DNA of 64,000 nucleotides from Selaginella moellendorffii (lineage: Eukaryota > Plantae > Lycopodiophyta). Made by a program: the position numbers and the translations under genes. The notes beneath the pieces were generated by a model, which did not search any database, was not told the origin of the DNA, and saw nothing but the letters and a program-made list of their open reading frames with translations. The stretch lies in NCBI RefSeq assembly GCF_000143415.4, contig NW_003314451.1:27472-91471 (forward strand), given 5' to 3'. Shown one piece after another: positions 12,137 to 24,864 of the stretch (its first letter is position 1; each line of letters opens with the position of its first letter).

Positions 12137-12790
12137 TGAGATGTATCGATTGATCGATGCAGAGATGCTATTGGGAGGCTCTGGTATATGTATTTATACT
12201 GGGGAATTTCCCGTACATTTATTCTTATTGTATTAGTAGAGAAGTCCAACTGTGTTACCTACATATAAAGACAAACTCTCTTAGATTTTACAATCGAACA
12301 CTTGGATTCAAAGGCTTCAAGGAAGCAACGCTGTCATATTTCTTTGAGCTTCCGTATGCTGATGAGAACAGTAGTTAGGAATAACATTTTGTGTGGAGGA
12401 GTGCAAACTTAACATATAGGACTATGTAGAGCGGTAAAGCAGAGTCAATCTGGATTTCATGCTTAAAGTGTTTGTCATTGTTTCAATCCCCCGGCAGCCG
12501 CAGCCTCCCCTTCGTCTCGGTCCTCTTGGAAGTTTCAAGGCTTTCTGCTGGACCCCAGTTAATGGACACCGCCCCTCCTCGCTGACTGATCTTCTCATCC
12601 GTAACACTCAAAAGTCTTCCTTACTCGCCGCTCTTGACCTTCCTTGGCCCAGCGGCACTGGCTTGGGAGAGTTTCCAAGTCGGAAACAAAATGCGTATAA
12701 ACATTATAATTTTATATTGGTCAGAAAAAGAATCACACATTCCTCAATTTTTATATAGTGCCCAAAACTGCATACCATTGAAGAATGAAG

Positions 12791-12862
12791 TCCGATCTGA
12801 CCGAATCGAACCAGCGACAAAAGGATTTCTGAATGATACTACAGCCCTCCGAGCCAAGATCG
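12791..12862 (-). pseudogene. tRNA-Tyr pseudogene
   Basis: tccgatctgaccgaatcgaaccagcgacaaaaggat...ctacagccctccgagccaagatcg; D-arm deleted. Confidence 0.75.
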
Positions 12863-12896
12863 ATTTTATTTGTTAATTGAAACTTTTGAACATTGA

Positions 12897-13553
12897 TTAA
12901 GTCCGACTCACTCCACTTCGTAACTTATTAATCTCATTTCCATCAACCTGTAAAGTTGTCTCTAAAACTTCGTTCATGATGTTTGGAGTGGTCTGGAACA
13001 ACGCTCTAGCCATGTCTGTTCTTCCCGGGTTTTGGCTTCCAAGCGCAGCAACTGCGACCGTGCTCGAGTTATTCAGATTTCGCTGGAAGTGAACAAGACC
13101 CCTGGGAAAGATGAACAGGTCACCGGGATACAAAACCTTTGCAAACAACCGGTTGGAAGTTGACACAAATCCGACGTAGAGGCCTCCCTGGAGGAGCCAG
13201 ATGATCTCGGATGCTCGGGGATGGCTGTGTGGAGGATTCACGCCAAATGGACCGAATGCGAGGCGGGCAATGGAGAGCCCTTGTGTGTTGAGGCCTGGAA
13301 ACATTCTAATATCGACCAAGTCGACTTGGATTCGCAGTGTGTTGTTTGTGACTGGAGCCTGGCGAAGGACGGTGGAGGTGAAGTCGTCAACAGTAACTCT
13401 AGTGGGATCTTTGCAAGGGGCTCCGTCGACGAAAACTTTGGAGTTTGGATCTTTGACGCAGAAGTCCTGGAGAGGATCAGGATCGCCCAAAACTCCAAAG
13501 ATGGCCACCATGCACGAGAGAAGGAATCCAAAAGCATTGCTTGCTAGTGCCAT
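12897..13553 (-). CDS. Germin-like protein, intronless
   Basis: Signal peptide, DPDPLQDFCV, GVNPPHSHPRASE, FPRGLVHFQ. Confidence 0.95.
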   Translation of the reverse strand: MALASNAFGFLLSCMVAIFGVLGDPDPLQDFCVKDPNSKVFVDGAPCKDPTRVTVDDFTSTVLRQAPVTNNTLRIQVDLVDIRMFPGLNTQGLSIARLAFGPFGVNPPHSHPRASEIIWLLQGGLYVGFVSTSNRLFAKVLYPGDLFIFPRGLVHFQRNLNNSSTVAVAALGSQNPGRTDMARALFQTTPNIMNEVLETTLQVDGNEINKLRSGVSRT

Positions 13554-14149
13554 TTGTGCTCTCGCTCACTCTCTTCTTTCCTCTAGTTTAGTCTCTCTCG
13601 CGCTCGCTCGCTCTTTTTCTCTATGATCTCTTGCAGTGGCCGCGAGCTTAAATGCAAAGGAAGATGTAAGTAGGTGGATGTTGATTTTCCTGGCACGCCT
13701 ACGCCGAGCTGCAGATTGTGTTTCCATCAAGAATCAGATTTACGTTGTTACAACCATTAAGACTGAGAGGTCCCTATTATATGAGATCAGGTTGATTCGC
13801 TGCGCCGCGACACTCGCAAAGCTGGCGGATTTGATGCGGAGAGTGTGTCACGGGTGAGGTGGCAGCCGTCGGCGATGAACTGCTAGAGGGGGTCGAGAAC
13901 ATCTTGCCAGAATCTCACACTACTTCCTTCTGGATTGATTCGCGCGCGAAAATGAGACGAGGGCGAGACGGTTTCCAGCACAAACCTCCGCTCCAGGAAG
14001 TAGAATGTAGCTCCGTTCACTTCTACATTAATCTAAAGGAGTGAAGATCGAGCAAAGAAAATACCGTAAGCTTCAACCTTTGACCGAGCAAAGCACCGGA
14101 GTTGAGATGACCGGTATAAGTGTTGTTGTTCTCCTACCCGGAAAGCAAG

Positions 14150-14440
14150 TGAAAACTCGCGAACTTGCGAACTTTGTCAAATTGAGCCTGGCATCTGTTG
14201 CAGCAGCTCGAGCGTACTTCTCCATTTTTTCGTTGGGATCGATCCCAATGACACTCATGCCGCTCCCTGATCTCACGTAATACTTGAGATTTGGACCCGT
14301 GCCAACACCCAGCTCGGCGAGAAAAGATCTTTTGTCTCAGGTTCTCAAACCTGTGCAAGCATCGGTCTTGCAGCTCCCAGCACGCAAAGCTCCATCTTGT
14401 GGCCGCCTCCCGGAGGGTTGAAACCCGTGGCAGAATCATT
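14150..14440 (-). pseudogene. SAM-dependent methyltransferase (type 11, METTL7-like) fragment
   Basis: Minus-strand AELGVGTGPNLKYY...VIGIDPNEKMEKYARAAA (motif I and post-I), with broken flanks. Confidence 0.7.
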
Positions 14441-14599
14441 ACTCTGCGGCCTTAGTGTGCGCACTAAGGAAGAGATGATTAAATAATACACTATCTTTCA
14501 AGTTCTTCAAGGTCATCGCGCCTTTGTCAAGCCTGTGGGGAGAATGGAGGCAGTGGAGTTTTCGATTGTCGGCTGCCGTGCCGACTATCATGGAGTTGA

Positions 14600-14645
14600 T
14601 CCGATCTGCCGGAATCGAACCAGAGGATTTCTGCCTGCCAACTAA
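14600..14645 (-). pseudogene. tRNA-Tyr remnant
   Basis: tccgatctgccggaatcgaaccag...ctgccaact. Confidence 0.65.
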
Positions 14646-14679
14646 CTTTTGCAAAACATTTATTAGTTGGTCACTCATT

Positions 14680-15150
14680 ATTATCGTCAAACCGGAGAAC
14701 TGATGTTTGGATTGGTTTGGAACAGCGCTGTAGCCATGTCTGATCTTCCCGGGTTTTGGCTTCCAAGCGCACCCGTGTCCGAGTTGTCCAGGAGTGAGCG
14801 AGACCCTGAGAAGATGAAGAGATCACCGGAATACAAAACCTTGAAGTTGACACAAATCACGTAGAGGCGGGACGCTCGGGGATGTGTGGAGGATTGGACC
14901 GAATGCGAGGCAAGCAATGGAGGGTCCCTGTGTGTTGAGGCCTGGAAACATAGTAATATCGACGTGGATTTGTTTGTGACTGGAGCTGAAGGGGGGAGAT
15001 CTTTGGAAGGCTCTCCGTTGATGAAAACATTGGAGTTTGGATGCAGAAATCCTGGAAAGGATCCCAAAACTCGAACGATAGCTGAGGACAGAAAGAATGC
15101 AACTGTGACAACTTCGATGAAAACCATAGCTATATAGAACATACTTGGTA
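14680..15150 (-). pseudogene. GLP pseudogene (paralog of 6763-7422)
   Basis: FINGEPSKD, FPGLNTQG, GDLFIF and ALGSQNPGRSDMATALFQT, with many deletions. Confidence 0.85.
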
Positions 15151-15712
15151 TGAATATATGAATACCAGTGCACTGGTATTTAGGAATTGCGTCGAGAGCT
15201 CAAAAGAGAAGCCTCGTGAAAGAACACAAAAGACTACATTGGTTTCATTTCTAGAACAAATAACTATTTGCCTCTATCCACCGTAAGTCTCCACGGTAAC
15301 CAGTGGACACTATGACAAAGCGGATAGAGATCCAGGCAAGGAAAAACTCCCCACCTTGGAAGAATTAGCTCTAGCACAGCAATGACTCAAAAACACTTCC
15401 ACTGCAAAGTTACGGAAGGTGATCTCAAGGGCTGTGCAAAACAAAGAACCTGTACAAGAGTGTTGTGATGTTCCCAGCACACTCCCACCACAAGTGGCTC
15501 AGAAGATCACACCCTTGGCCCCTCCAAAAGCTAGAGAGGCATACATTTTTATCGAAGAGCTTGCGAAGGAAAGCACTGCAATGCTAGCAATGCCCCAGGG
15601 CACTCTTCAGCACGAAAATCCTAGCTTACAAGACACGAAGCGTAAGTCAAAACCAGATTAAGTATCTCTTCAAACAGCTCTGGCAGAAGGAAAACGAACA
15701 AGAAGAATCCTT

Positions 15713-16206
<494 letters not shown>

Positions 16207-16464
16207 GGCGCTTCTTCCTGGCAACTAAAACCACTGAATCGAGCCTTGCGATCGAAGAAAGCACTCACCTGGGCTCGCTGCGCAAAATCTCCGAGCGCAA
16301 GATCCCCGAGACAGACACCTTACGGCCGCTTGCTGAGGGACTAGGGTTAGGTTTAGGGCTTTACATCATGTTTGTTCCATATCCTACGGTCGAGATGGAT
16401 TAGATCCAACGGCGCAGGTTTGAATGGAGTGAGCTTTATTTTATGAAGCGGGAAAAGCTTTACA

Positions 16465-17782
16465 TTAGCTCGCAAGCGATGGAAACAAGCGATTGGCGAG
16501 CAATTTGATGAGATCTTGTCCGGGATGGATGGCATCGAAGAACATGTACGAGGATCTGGACGAGCAAACCATGGTCCCATTGCAACCATCTCCAATCTCT
16601 GTAAAGCCGAATCCACAGCAGCCTCTATTCACCACCGTGTAGCCTTGAAGAGGACGAGTGAGTAAGAAAAGCATGAGATTTTGAGAACAGCCATACTCAC
16701 CATAGTTGGAAGGGTTTGAGATGGCGTCCCTTGTCACGTTGTAAGCATCGAAGTTGAAGTAGAACTTGGATCCCGTCAGGTTTGCCTGGAGAGAGTTGAG
16801 CGCGGTCTGGAGATCCACGTCGTAAGAGTAAGCCAAATTGTTTGAGTTCTCGTTGCAATTTGTCCGGCAAGATGGGAAGAAGTTGCCAGCGCTCAAGCAT
16901 TGGATCGTGATCGCTATGGGAGTACAACCCAAAGGTCCCAGCGCTGGAATTATAAACTTGCGAGCTCCCAGATTGTATAAGTCCTGGAAAAGCAGAAAAC
17001 AGTTCAATCTTTAGATCTAAAAAGCTTGTTTTACCTTAATTCTGCTCGAAAAAGTGGTGATCATGAGGGCTCGAAAGTCCGCGTCTGTGTAATTGAGGTA
17101 GATGCTAAAGTTTTTGTTGGAGAAATCATTGGATCCAAAGCTTAGAATGAAGAGTGCTTTTGCAATTCGAGCTGATGCTGCGGCCACGCCTTCTAGAGCC
17201 TGAAGCCTCTGAGTTACATTCGCAAACCACTGGACTTGGAGGCTAAAGTTGTAAGGAGTCTAGACACCAAAGAATCATTAGTATCAGGATGCTGAGACAC
17301 TGGTGGATTGTGATAGATTTACCAGATTGCTGGAGAGAGCATCTATGATCGCCGCACCTCCAGAAGCCAAGTTTACACCTTGGGTTAGATTCACCCCATT
17401 CGCATTTGGATCGAGAAACGGGAGTGCCCTGTTGATTCCACAGTATTGAGCTACAAACCACATTTACATATATGATCATCCACAACTAACATTTGAAATG
17501 TTCTTGAAAGTTGGCGGCCAACTTACCAAGATAATCAGGAAGAACTAATCCGTTTGTGAATCGGCCAGTGGGGATTTGATTGGGGTAATCAACACCATAG
17601 GGAGTGTGATTTGCTCTGGCAATTGTGAAACTCACGTTCACAAAATAGTTGTTGTTTCCACTGTCGACAATCGAATCGCCCAAAGTGAACACGGCGGTGG
17701 CATTCGTGCAATTGGGACTTTGGGCATAAACTAGAGACAAGGTCGAAGCAAGCAATGCACAAAACAAGATCGCAGAAGACAT
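16465..17782 (-). CDS. GDSL esterase/lipase, multi-exon
   Basis: Signal peptide, LGDSIVDSGNNN, PTGRFTNG, GVNLASG, GSND and catalytic DAIHP. Confidence 0.95.
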
Positions 17783-18118
17783 GTTTTAAGTACTTTTTTT
17801 TCTTGTAACAAAGATAATATGAGAAACTTGTGTGTTAACTGCGATCTTGAGCGGGGCTTTTATATCCATGATGTGGCTTCCACGCAAAATCCTGGATCTT
17901 CCATCCATCCAGCTACAAATTATCTGATTCCAATTGAAATTTCCCAGTTGCTAGTTGTGAGATTGAGATCTTCGCTGTGCCTTCTTCCACCAAACTTAAA
18001 GCTACGACTCCAGGAATTTGATGTTGGGCATGACATCATATTTTAAAAGGCGCTTTGCTGACGATGAAATCGAGAGCGCGTGGATTGATTTTGATTCTGC
18101 GAGAAGAAGAAGAAGATC

Positions 18119-20020
18119 ATGGCTGCCAAAACACCAGACCAAGTTTTCATCGCCAACAAGCTGATTCACATGTACGGAAGCGCCGGTCGGGTGAAAGATG
18201 CACGGATTGCGTTCGACGGCATTGCTTTGGGCGACAGGAACGTTTACACCTGGGTGCTGATGCTCTGTGCATATTCCCGAAATGGGTATATTCGCGAGTC
18301 CCGGGCTACGTTTGACGAGATGCCTGAGAAGAACATGGTGGCGTGGAATGCCATGCTAGCTGCATATGCCCAAAGCGGGCACTTTGAAGAATTTGAAATT
18401 CTCTTTGGTGAGATTCCCATGTGGAACGTTGTTTCTTGGAACACATTGCTAGCGGCATACTCCCAGAGCGGAAGCAAACAGAAGTCGAAGATTGTTTTTG
18501 ACTCGATGCCGGAGTGGAACTTAATCTCCTGGAATTCACTGCTTGCTGCGCATACCCAAAACGGGCATCTTAAACAGGCGCGAACAGTTTTTGATGGAAT
18601 GCCAGCACGAAACTTTATCTCGTGGACTACACTTTTAGCAGGATACGTGCACCATCAAAAGGTCGCGGAGGCCAACAATGTTTTTATGTCTATGCCACAG
18701 CACGACATGGTGTCTTGGACTCTGATACTTACCGCATATGCCCGTCTCCGACATATGCGAAAGTGCGTAGAAATCTTTCATACCGCGAGGCAAGTGGATC
18801 TCACGTTTTGCAACGCTATGTTAACTGCGTTTTCTCAGGTTGGAGATGTTAAAGGTGGCAAATGCTTTTTTGATACTATGCCTCAGCATGACATGGTGTC
18901 GTGGAACAACATGCTTTTGGTCTATGCTCAGAATGGCCACATTGGAAAAGCTCGGGAGCTTTTTGAGAAGATGGAGCACCGTGACCTGGTTTCATGGACG
19001 TGCATGGTAAGCGCGTATGCTCAAGCTGGAAATATCAAAGAAGCCGAGTTCTTTTTCCAGAGAATGCCTTTCACGAATATCGTGTCGTGGAACTCGATGA
19101 TCTCGGCTTACAGCCAAAAGGGAAACTTTGAGAGAGTTGAGAAGATGGTAGAAAAAATGCCGCAGTCGAGTTTGTCGTCGTGGAACGCTGTTCTAGCTGC
19201 CAATTTCGATAGAGGAAATCCGGAAAGAGCAAAACTAGTGTTTGACGAGATGCCGGAGCACAGCTCCGTGGCTATGAGCTCACTGATTTGTGGATATGCG
19301 CAGTTTGGTTTCATGGATTTTGCACGGGAGGTTTTTGAGAGTGTTCCTCACAAAGATCTACTGTCGTGGACGTCGATTCTGATCGCTTTCGCAAACCACG
19401 GAGAAGTGGAAGAAGCGAAGCATTTGTTTGAAACAATGCCACAGCGAGACATCGTTGCTTGGAACGCAATCCTGGTTATGTATGGTCAAAACGGTGATTT
19501 AGAAAACGCAGCAAGGATTTTCAGCTCTATGCCCGAGCGCGATCTCGTTTCATGGACCTCGATTCTGACCAAGTTCGCACAGAGGGGAAAACTCCAAGAG
19601 GCGATGAAAATCTTCGACGAGCTCGAAACTCTACACTCTCCTGACCAGGTTTGTTTCGTGGGAGTTCTCATCGCTTGCAGCCACAAAGGAAAGCTTGCTC
19701 TCGCCAAGGAGTACTTTCTGTCCATGAGACACGACTTTGGAATAGAGCCTGTGAAGCAGCACTACTGTTGCATGGTGGATTTGCTCGCCAGAGCCTCGTA
19801 TCTGGAAGATGCGAGAGAGCTCTTGGCGACGATGCCATTTAAACCAGATGCTGTAAATCTGGTGGCTTTTCTTTCGGCGTGTAGGATGGGCCGGATGAGT
19901 GATGATCATATTTGTCACAGTGCCGGTCTTGTCGCAAAGAGCGTCTTGGATTTGGATTCCAGGAATGGAGCTGCTCACATCTTGCTAGCAAACGTTCTGC
20001 GTGATCCACCTGAAGTTTAA
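18119..20020 (+). CDS. PLS-class PPR protein, S-motif-rich, with E domain
   Basis: Many tandem ~31-aa repeats (..VSW..ll.AY...G....A...F..MP), then HYCCMVDLLARA and an E region. No DYW domain. Confidence 0.92.
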   Translation: MAAKTPDQVFIANKLIHMYGSAGRVKDARIAFDGIALGDRNVYTWVLMLCAYSRNGYIRESRATFDEMPEKNMVAWNAMLAAYAQSGHFEEFEILFGEIPMWNVVSWNTLLAAYSQSGSKQKSKIVFDSMPEWNLISWNSLLAAHTQNGHLKQARTVFDGMPARNFISWTTLLAGYVHHQKVAEANNVFMSMPQHDMVSWTLILTAYARLRHMRKCVEIFHTARQVDLTFCNAMLTAFSQVGDVKGGKCFFDTMPQHDMVSWNNMLLVYAQNGHIGKARELFEKMEHRDLVSWTCMVSAYAQAGNIKEAEFFFQRMPFTNIVSWNSMISAYSQKGNFERVEKMVEKMPQSSLSSWNAVLAANFDRGNPERAKLVFDEMPEHSSVAMSSLICGYAQFGFMDFAREVFESVPHKDLLSWTSILIAFANHGEVEEAKHLFETMPQRDIVAWNAILVMYGQNGDLENAARIFSSMPERDLVSWTSILTKFAQRGKLQEAMKIFDELETLHSPDQVCFVGVLIACSHKGKLALAKEYFLSMRHDFGIEPVKQHYCCMVDLLARASYLEDARELLATMPFKPDAVNLVAFLSACRMGRMSDDHICHSAGLVAKSVLDLDSRNGAAHILLANVLRDPPEV

Positions 20021-20533
20021 CTTGTTGTTTTGTTCCTGCCGCGGAGGACAATCTTGCAGTCTAGATATATGTTCGACAAAGTTGATGGCTAGCTTGAATG
20101 AACGTCGCGTCCTTCTGGGTAAAAGTTTTAAGTCAAGGACGCTTCTTCCCAGCTATTTGGAATTCATGAATTCATGGGTTTTATCAGCGATTTCAAAACG
20201 TGAAGGAAGTTTCCCTTGAGAAAAATCGAGTCAAAGTCATCAAATGTGAGGCACGAGAAAGGGTAGCCTATGTGAAAGTCCAGTCTGCGCCTCAAACTGT
20301 GATCTAGACGTGTGGAAACTTTCTTTACAATGCAAGAGAGAAGCATTGAAGTTTTCTTCCACTTTGGCAATTTAGCTTAGCGGTGGCTAAACTGTAGAAT
20401 CCAGCTATAAAAACCGCCACAAATTTCGAACGTGAGCAGCAAGGCATCTCGCAGCGTGTTCTTCGGTGTTGCGGCAAAGTCTCAGCAAAGTTTCAAGAAA
20501 AAATCTCGATCCATTTTCCCTCTTTTTGCAAGC

Positions 20534-20898
20534 ATGAAGAAGGTGACACTCTCAACTTGTGGGAGCTGCAAGGGAAAGACTGATGCGCTTAAGAAGATCA
20601 AAGGTATGTACAAACTTTGGATTGGAAATTCGAGAGCTGATCTCGTGGATTTTTCTGTTTTTGAACAACAGGGGTTGATAAGGTGGAATCGGAGAAGTCA
20701 GGCCTGGTAGTGATCGGCAAATTTGATGTGGACGACGTGGTCAAGGCGATGAATTGCCACCACAGTGTTCTTCGTTCCATCGAGAACAATTACGAGCCCC
20801 CAAAGAAGAAGGAAGAGAAGAAGGAAGAGAAGAAGGATGGTGGTAGCGTTTTGTATGTTTACGCCCACAACTACAATCACTACAATTGCAAGTGCTAA
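20534..20898 (+). CDS. Small HMA-like (CxxC) protein, copy 1 (exons 20534-20603, 20672-20898)
   Basis: MKKVTLSTCGSCKGKTDALKKIK|GVDKVESEKSGLVVIGKFDVDDVVKAM...PPKKKEEKK...YNCKC*. TATA box gctataaaa at ~20405. Confidence 0.8.
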
Positions 20899-21845
20899 TT
20901 TGTTCTTCCAATTGCAAGGGATGGATGGATCTGCAAGAACAAGGGAGGTAGCGTGTGTATGAAATAATTTCAAGAGTTTCAGATCTATAAGAGCAATGAG
21001 TTTGACAGAGCATTTAATTGTCAGAATCATAACTGATGTAAGGTTTTCAAAAGTTAGATCTTTCTATGAATGCAAAAGACTTTGCACAGCACAAATGCCG
21101 GTGCAAGTCAATGATCGTCGCCGTAGTCAAGGCTATACTTCTAGATTCCGTGACAGGAAGAATCTCAGAGCGAGGGAGAGAGAGAGAGAGAGAGAACAAT
21201 GATAAGAACAACCTTTTGTTCAATGTCTATATCACCTTGCGGGAATTCATGGAAGATTCAAGTTGAAAAAAAGGTAAAGTAGGAAAAATCTCAGAACTCC
21301 ACACTGATGGATTAACTTTTTGGAAACGTAGGGGTGGTGAAGTGGAATCGGAGAGAGGAGAAGAAGGAACAGTCTCTGATCATGAAGTTCGTCTCTTCGC
21401 TTTCCCACGGTGCCACGCGATGTGCTGGAATAGTGGCAACGACCACTTTGAGTAGGGCATCACCCATGCCCGAACGCTTGCTGCTGTATGATTTGCTTCT
21501 CAACTTGGAAATTCAGTTCTGGGTTCAAACGCGACAACCTTTTGCGGGCTTTGATGAATCGGTCTCTCATAAGAAGAATAGACAGTTAAAGTTGCAACAC
21601 CGCGGATCAATACGTGTGGAATTTTCTTCCGCATTATGTCGTCTTTGACTATTCGCTGAAATCGCGAGGAATTTGGTGGTGACGCGTCGTCCTACGAAGA
21701 CTATACCGTAGAATCAGGCTATAAAAACCGCAAACGTGAGCAGCAAGGCATCTCGCAGCGTATTTCTCGATTTTCTGGCAAGCTTCAAGCAAACATCTTG
21801 AGCGAGCAACTAGTTTTCTCGATCCAGTTTCCTTTCCTTGTAAGC

Positions 21846-22197
21846 ATGAAGAAGGCGACACTCTCAACTTGTGAAAGCTGCAAGGGGAAGACTGACGCGC
21901 TCAAGAAGATCAAAGGTATAGCACAATCTTTGCATTGGATCGCGGCCCTGATTCCATGAAATCTCTGGTGTGGTTTTCCCAACAGGGGTCGATAAGGTGG
22001 AATCGGAGTCGTCAGGCCTGGTGGTGATTGGAAAATTTGATGTGGACGACGTGCTAAAGGCGATGGATTGCCACCACAGTGTCCTTCGTTCCATCGAGAA
22101 CAATTACGAGCCCCCCAAAAAGAAGGAAGACAAGAAGGAAGAAGGCTCTAGCGTTATATATGTGTACACCCACACCTACAACCAGTACTGGAAGTGA
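21846..22197 (+). CDS. Small HMA-like protein, copy 2
   Basis: TCESC, same single intron, ends YNQYWK*. Confidence 0.8.
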
Positions 22198-23183
22198 GTT
22201 AAATAGTGTTTGTGTGTAAAAATAGATTTTCTCTTCCACCTCAAATTCTTGAATGTAGAATTCATGGGAGGTAAAGTAATTTCGAAAGTTGATGTCTCAA
22301 TCAAGGGCATTAATTTTTCTCGGTTCAGAGTTCAAAACCGAATCTAAAACATTGATCCCACAGAAAGAAGAAAGAAAACACACCGGTGCATTTGACTCTA
22401 AAGGAATGTGGTTCGTTCTTAACCTTGAACTTTGAGGAGATTAATTCTCTTCCTAAGAGTTTGAAAATGAACGTGCGTCATCACACATTAAAGAGTGGAA
22501 CTCTGAAAAAAACCATTTGTTTATTCCTCTCAACAGGAGGAGACTTAAACGAAGTCACTTTTCAATTGCAGGATAAAAATGATGTTTTGACAAAGTGAGT
22601 TCAAATAGAAGTTTACTAGAGCTGAGAGCCACTGTATCAGACTCGTTTTGAATTGTTTAGAAGAATGTATAATGCTATTCAAGCTTCAAAGTTTCGTAAA
22701 ATGGTCCATGAATGTACACTGACCTTTCAATCTTACCATGGATTTAAGCGATCAATGTAAGCTTCTTTGGTCTCCCAGCTGGAATGGATTTGACAAAGTT
22801 GATGGCTAGTCGCGATTGTGGTCCTTCTGGGTAAAAGTTTAAGTCAAGGACGCTCCTTTGGTCTCCCAGCATGGGTTTTGTCAGCGATTTCAAAAAGCTG
22901 CAACTCATCAAATGACGTCAAATGTGAGGCACGAGAAAGGGAAGCCCATGTGAAAGTCCAGTGTACGCTCTGAAAACTTTCTATACAATGCAAGAGAGAA
23001 GCTTTGAAATGGTCTTCGACTTTGGCAATTTACCAGTGGCTAAACTGTAGAATCCAGCTATAAAAACCGCCACAAAGTTCGAACGTGAGCAGCAAGGCAT
23101 CTCGCAGCGTGTTCTTCGGAGTTGCAAAGTCTCAGCAAAGGTTCAAGAAAAAATCTCGATCCATTTTTCCTCCTTTTGCGAGC

Positions 23184-23533
23184 ATGAAAAAGGTGACACT
23201 CTCAACTTGTGGGAGCTGCGAGGGAAAGACTGATGCGCTTAAGAAGATCAAAGGTATGTACAAACTTGGATTGGAAATTTGAAAGCTGATATCGTTTCTT
23301 GTTTTTGAACAACAGGGGTTGATAAGGTGCAATGGGAGTCGTCAGACCTGGTAGTGATCGGCAAATTTGATGTGGACGACGTGGTCAAGGCGATGGATTG
23401 CCACCATAGCGTTCTTCGTTCCGTCGAGAACGATTATGAGCCCCCAAAGAAGGACAAGGAGAAGAAGGGCGGTGGTTCTAGTGTTGTATATGTTTACACC
23501 CACACCTACAATCACTACAATTGCAATTGCTAA
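23184..23533 (+). CDS. Small HMA-like protein, copy 3
   Basis: TCGSC, ends YNCNC*. Confidence 0.8.
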
Positions 23534-24512
23534 AACACTGCATAGTTCTTCCACTTGCAAAGGATGGATGGATCTGCAAGAACAAGGGAGGTGGCGTGTG
23601 TCTGGCGCAACTTCAGGAGCTTCTGATCTAGACATAGCACCAAGTTCTTAGGGTTTCTTATTTCGCACGCACACTTTATCAATATACTTTAGTTTAATAT
23701 TTAACCCTCAGTTTAACATAAGGGTTTAAGGATATAATTGTCAGAGCATTAAATTTTCAAAACTTGAATATTTTTTTATCAAACTGATGAATAATGCCGG
23801 TGCTCAGACGTAGTCAAGGATATACTTCTGAATGGAGAGCCAGAAGAATCGGATTCCACTTCACCACCCTTGCGTTTCCATAAAGTTAATCGATCAGTGT
23901 GGAGTTCTAGAATAGTAAATTAGCAGAGTTTTTTCCTACCTTACCTTTTTTATGTTGTAACCATCGATTAACTGGTCCGAACTCACGGGAAACAACTTTT
24001 TGGGGCCGAAACTTCCACGAAATTGTTCCCGCAAGGACAATTATGAGAGAGGAGAAGAAGGAACATCATGAATCATCCACGGTGCCACGCGATGTGCGGA
24101 ATAGTGGCAACGACCACTTCTAGTAGGGAATCACCCATTTGCTGCTGTATGATTTGCTGCTCAACTTGAGTTCTAGGCTCAAACGCGACAATCTTTTGCG
24201 GCTTTGATGAATCGGTCTCCCAGCTAGTTGGAATGTCCTCTTCATAAGAAGAATAGACTGTTAAAGTTGCAACAACGCGGATCTAGACAGTGTGGAATTT
24301 TCTTCTGCATTGTGGTCGTCTTTGACTATTCGCTGAAATCGCGAGGAATTTGGTGGTGACGCGTCGTCCTACAAAGACTATACCGTAGAATCAAGCTATA
24401 AAAACCGCAGACATGAGCAGCAAGGCATCTCGCAGCGTATTTCTCGGTTTTCTGAGCAAACATCTTGAGCAAGCAACTAGTAATCTCGATCCATTTTCCT
24501 TTCCTTGCAAGC

Positions 24513-24864
24513 ATGAAGAAGGCGACACTTTCAACTTGTGAAAGCTGCAAGGGGAAGACCGACGCGCTCAAGAAGATCAAAGGTATAGCACAATCTTTGC
24601 ATTGGATCGCGGCCCTGATTCCATGAAATCTCTGGTGTGGTTTTCCCAACAGGGGTCGATAAGGTGGAATCGGAGTCGTCAGGCCTGGTGGTGATTGGAA
24701 AATTTGATGTGGACGACGTGCTAAAGGCGATGGATTGCCACCACAGTGTCCTTCGTTCCATCGAGAACAATTACGAGCCCCCCAAAAAGAAGGAAGACAA
24801 GAAGGAGGAAGGTTCTAGCGTTATATATGTGTACACCCACACCTACAACCAGTACTGGAAGTGA
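24513..24864 (+). CDS. Small HMA-like protein, copy 4 (near-identical to copy 2)
   Basis: TCESC, ends YNQYWK*. Confidence 0.8.
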
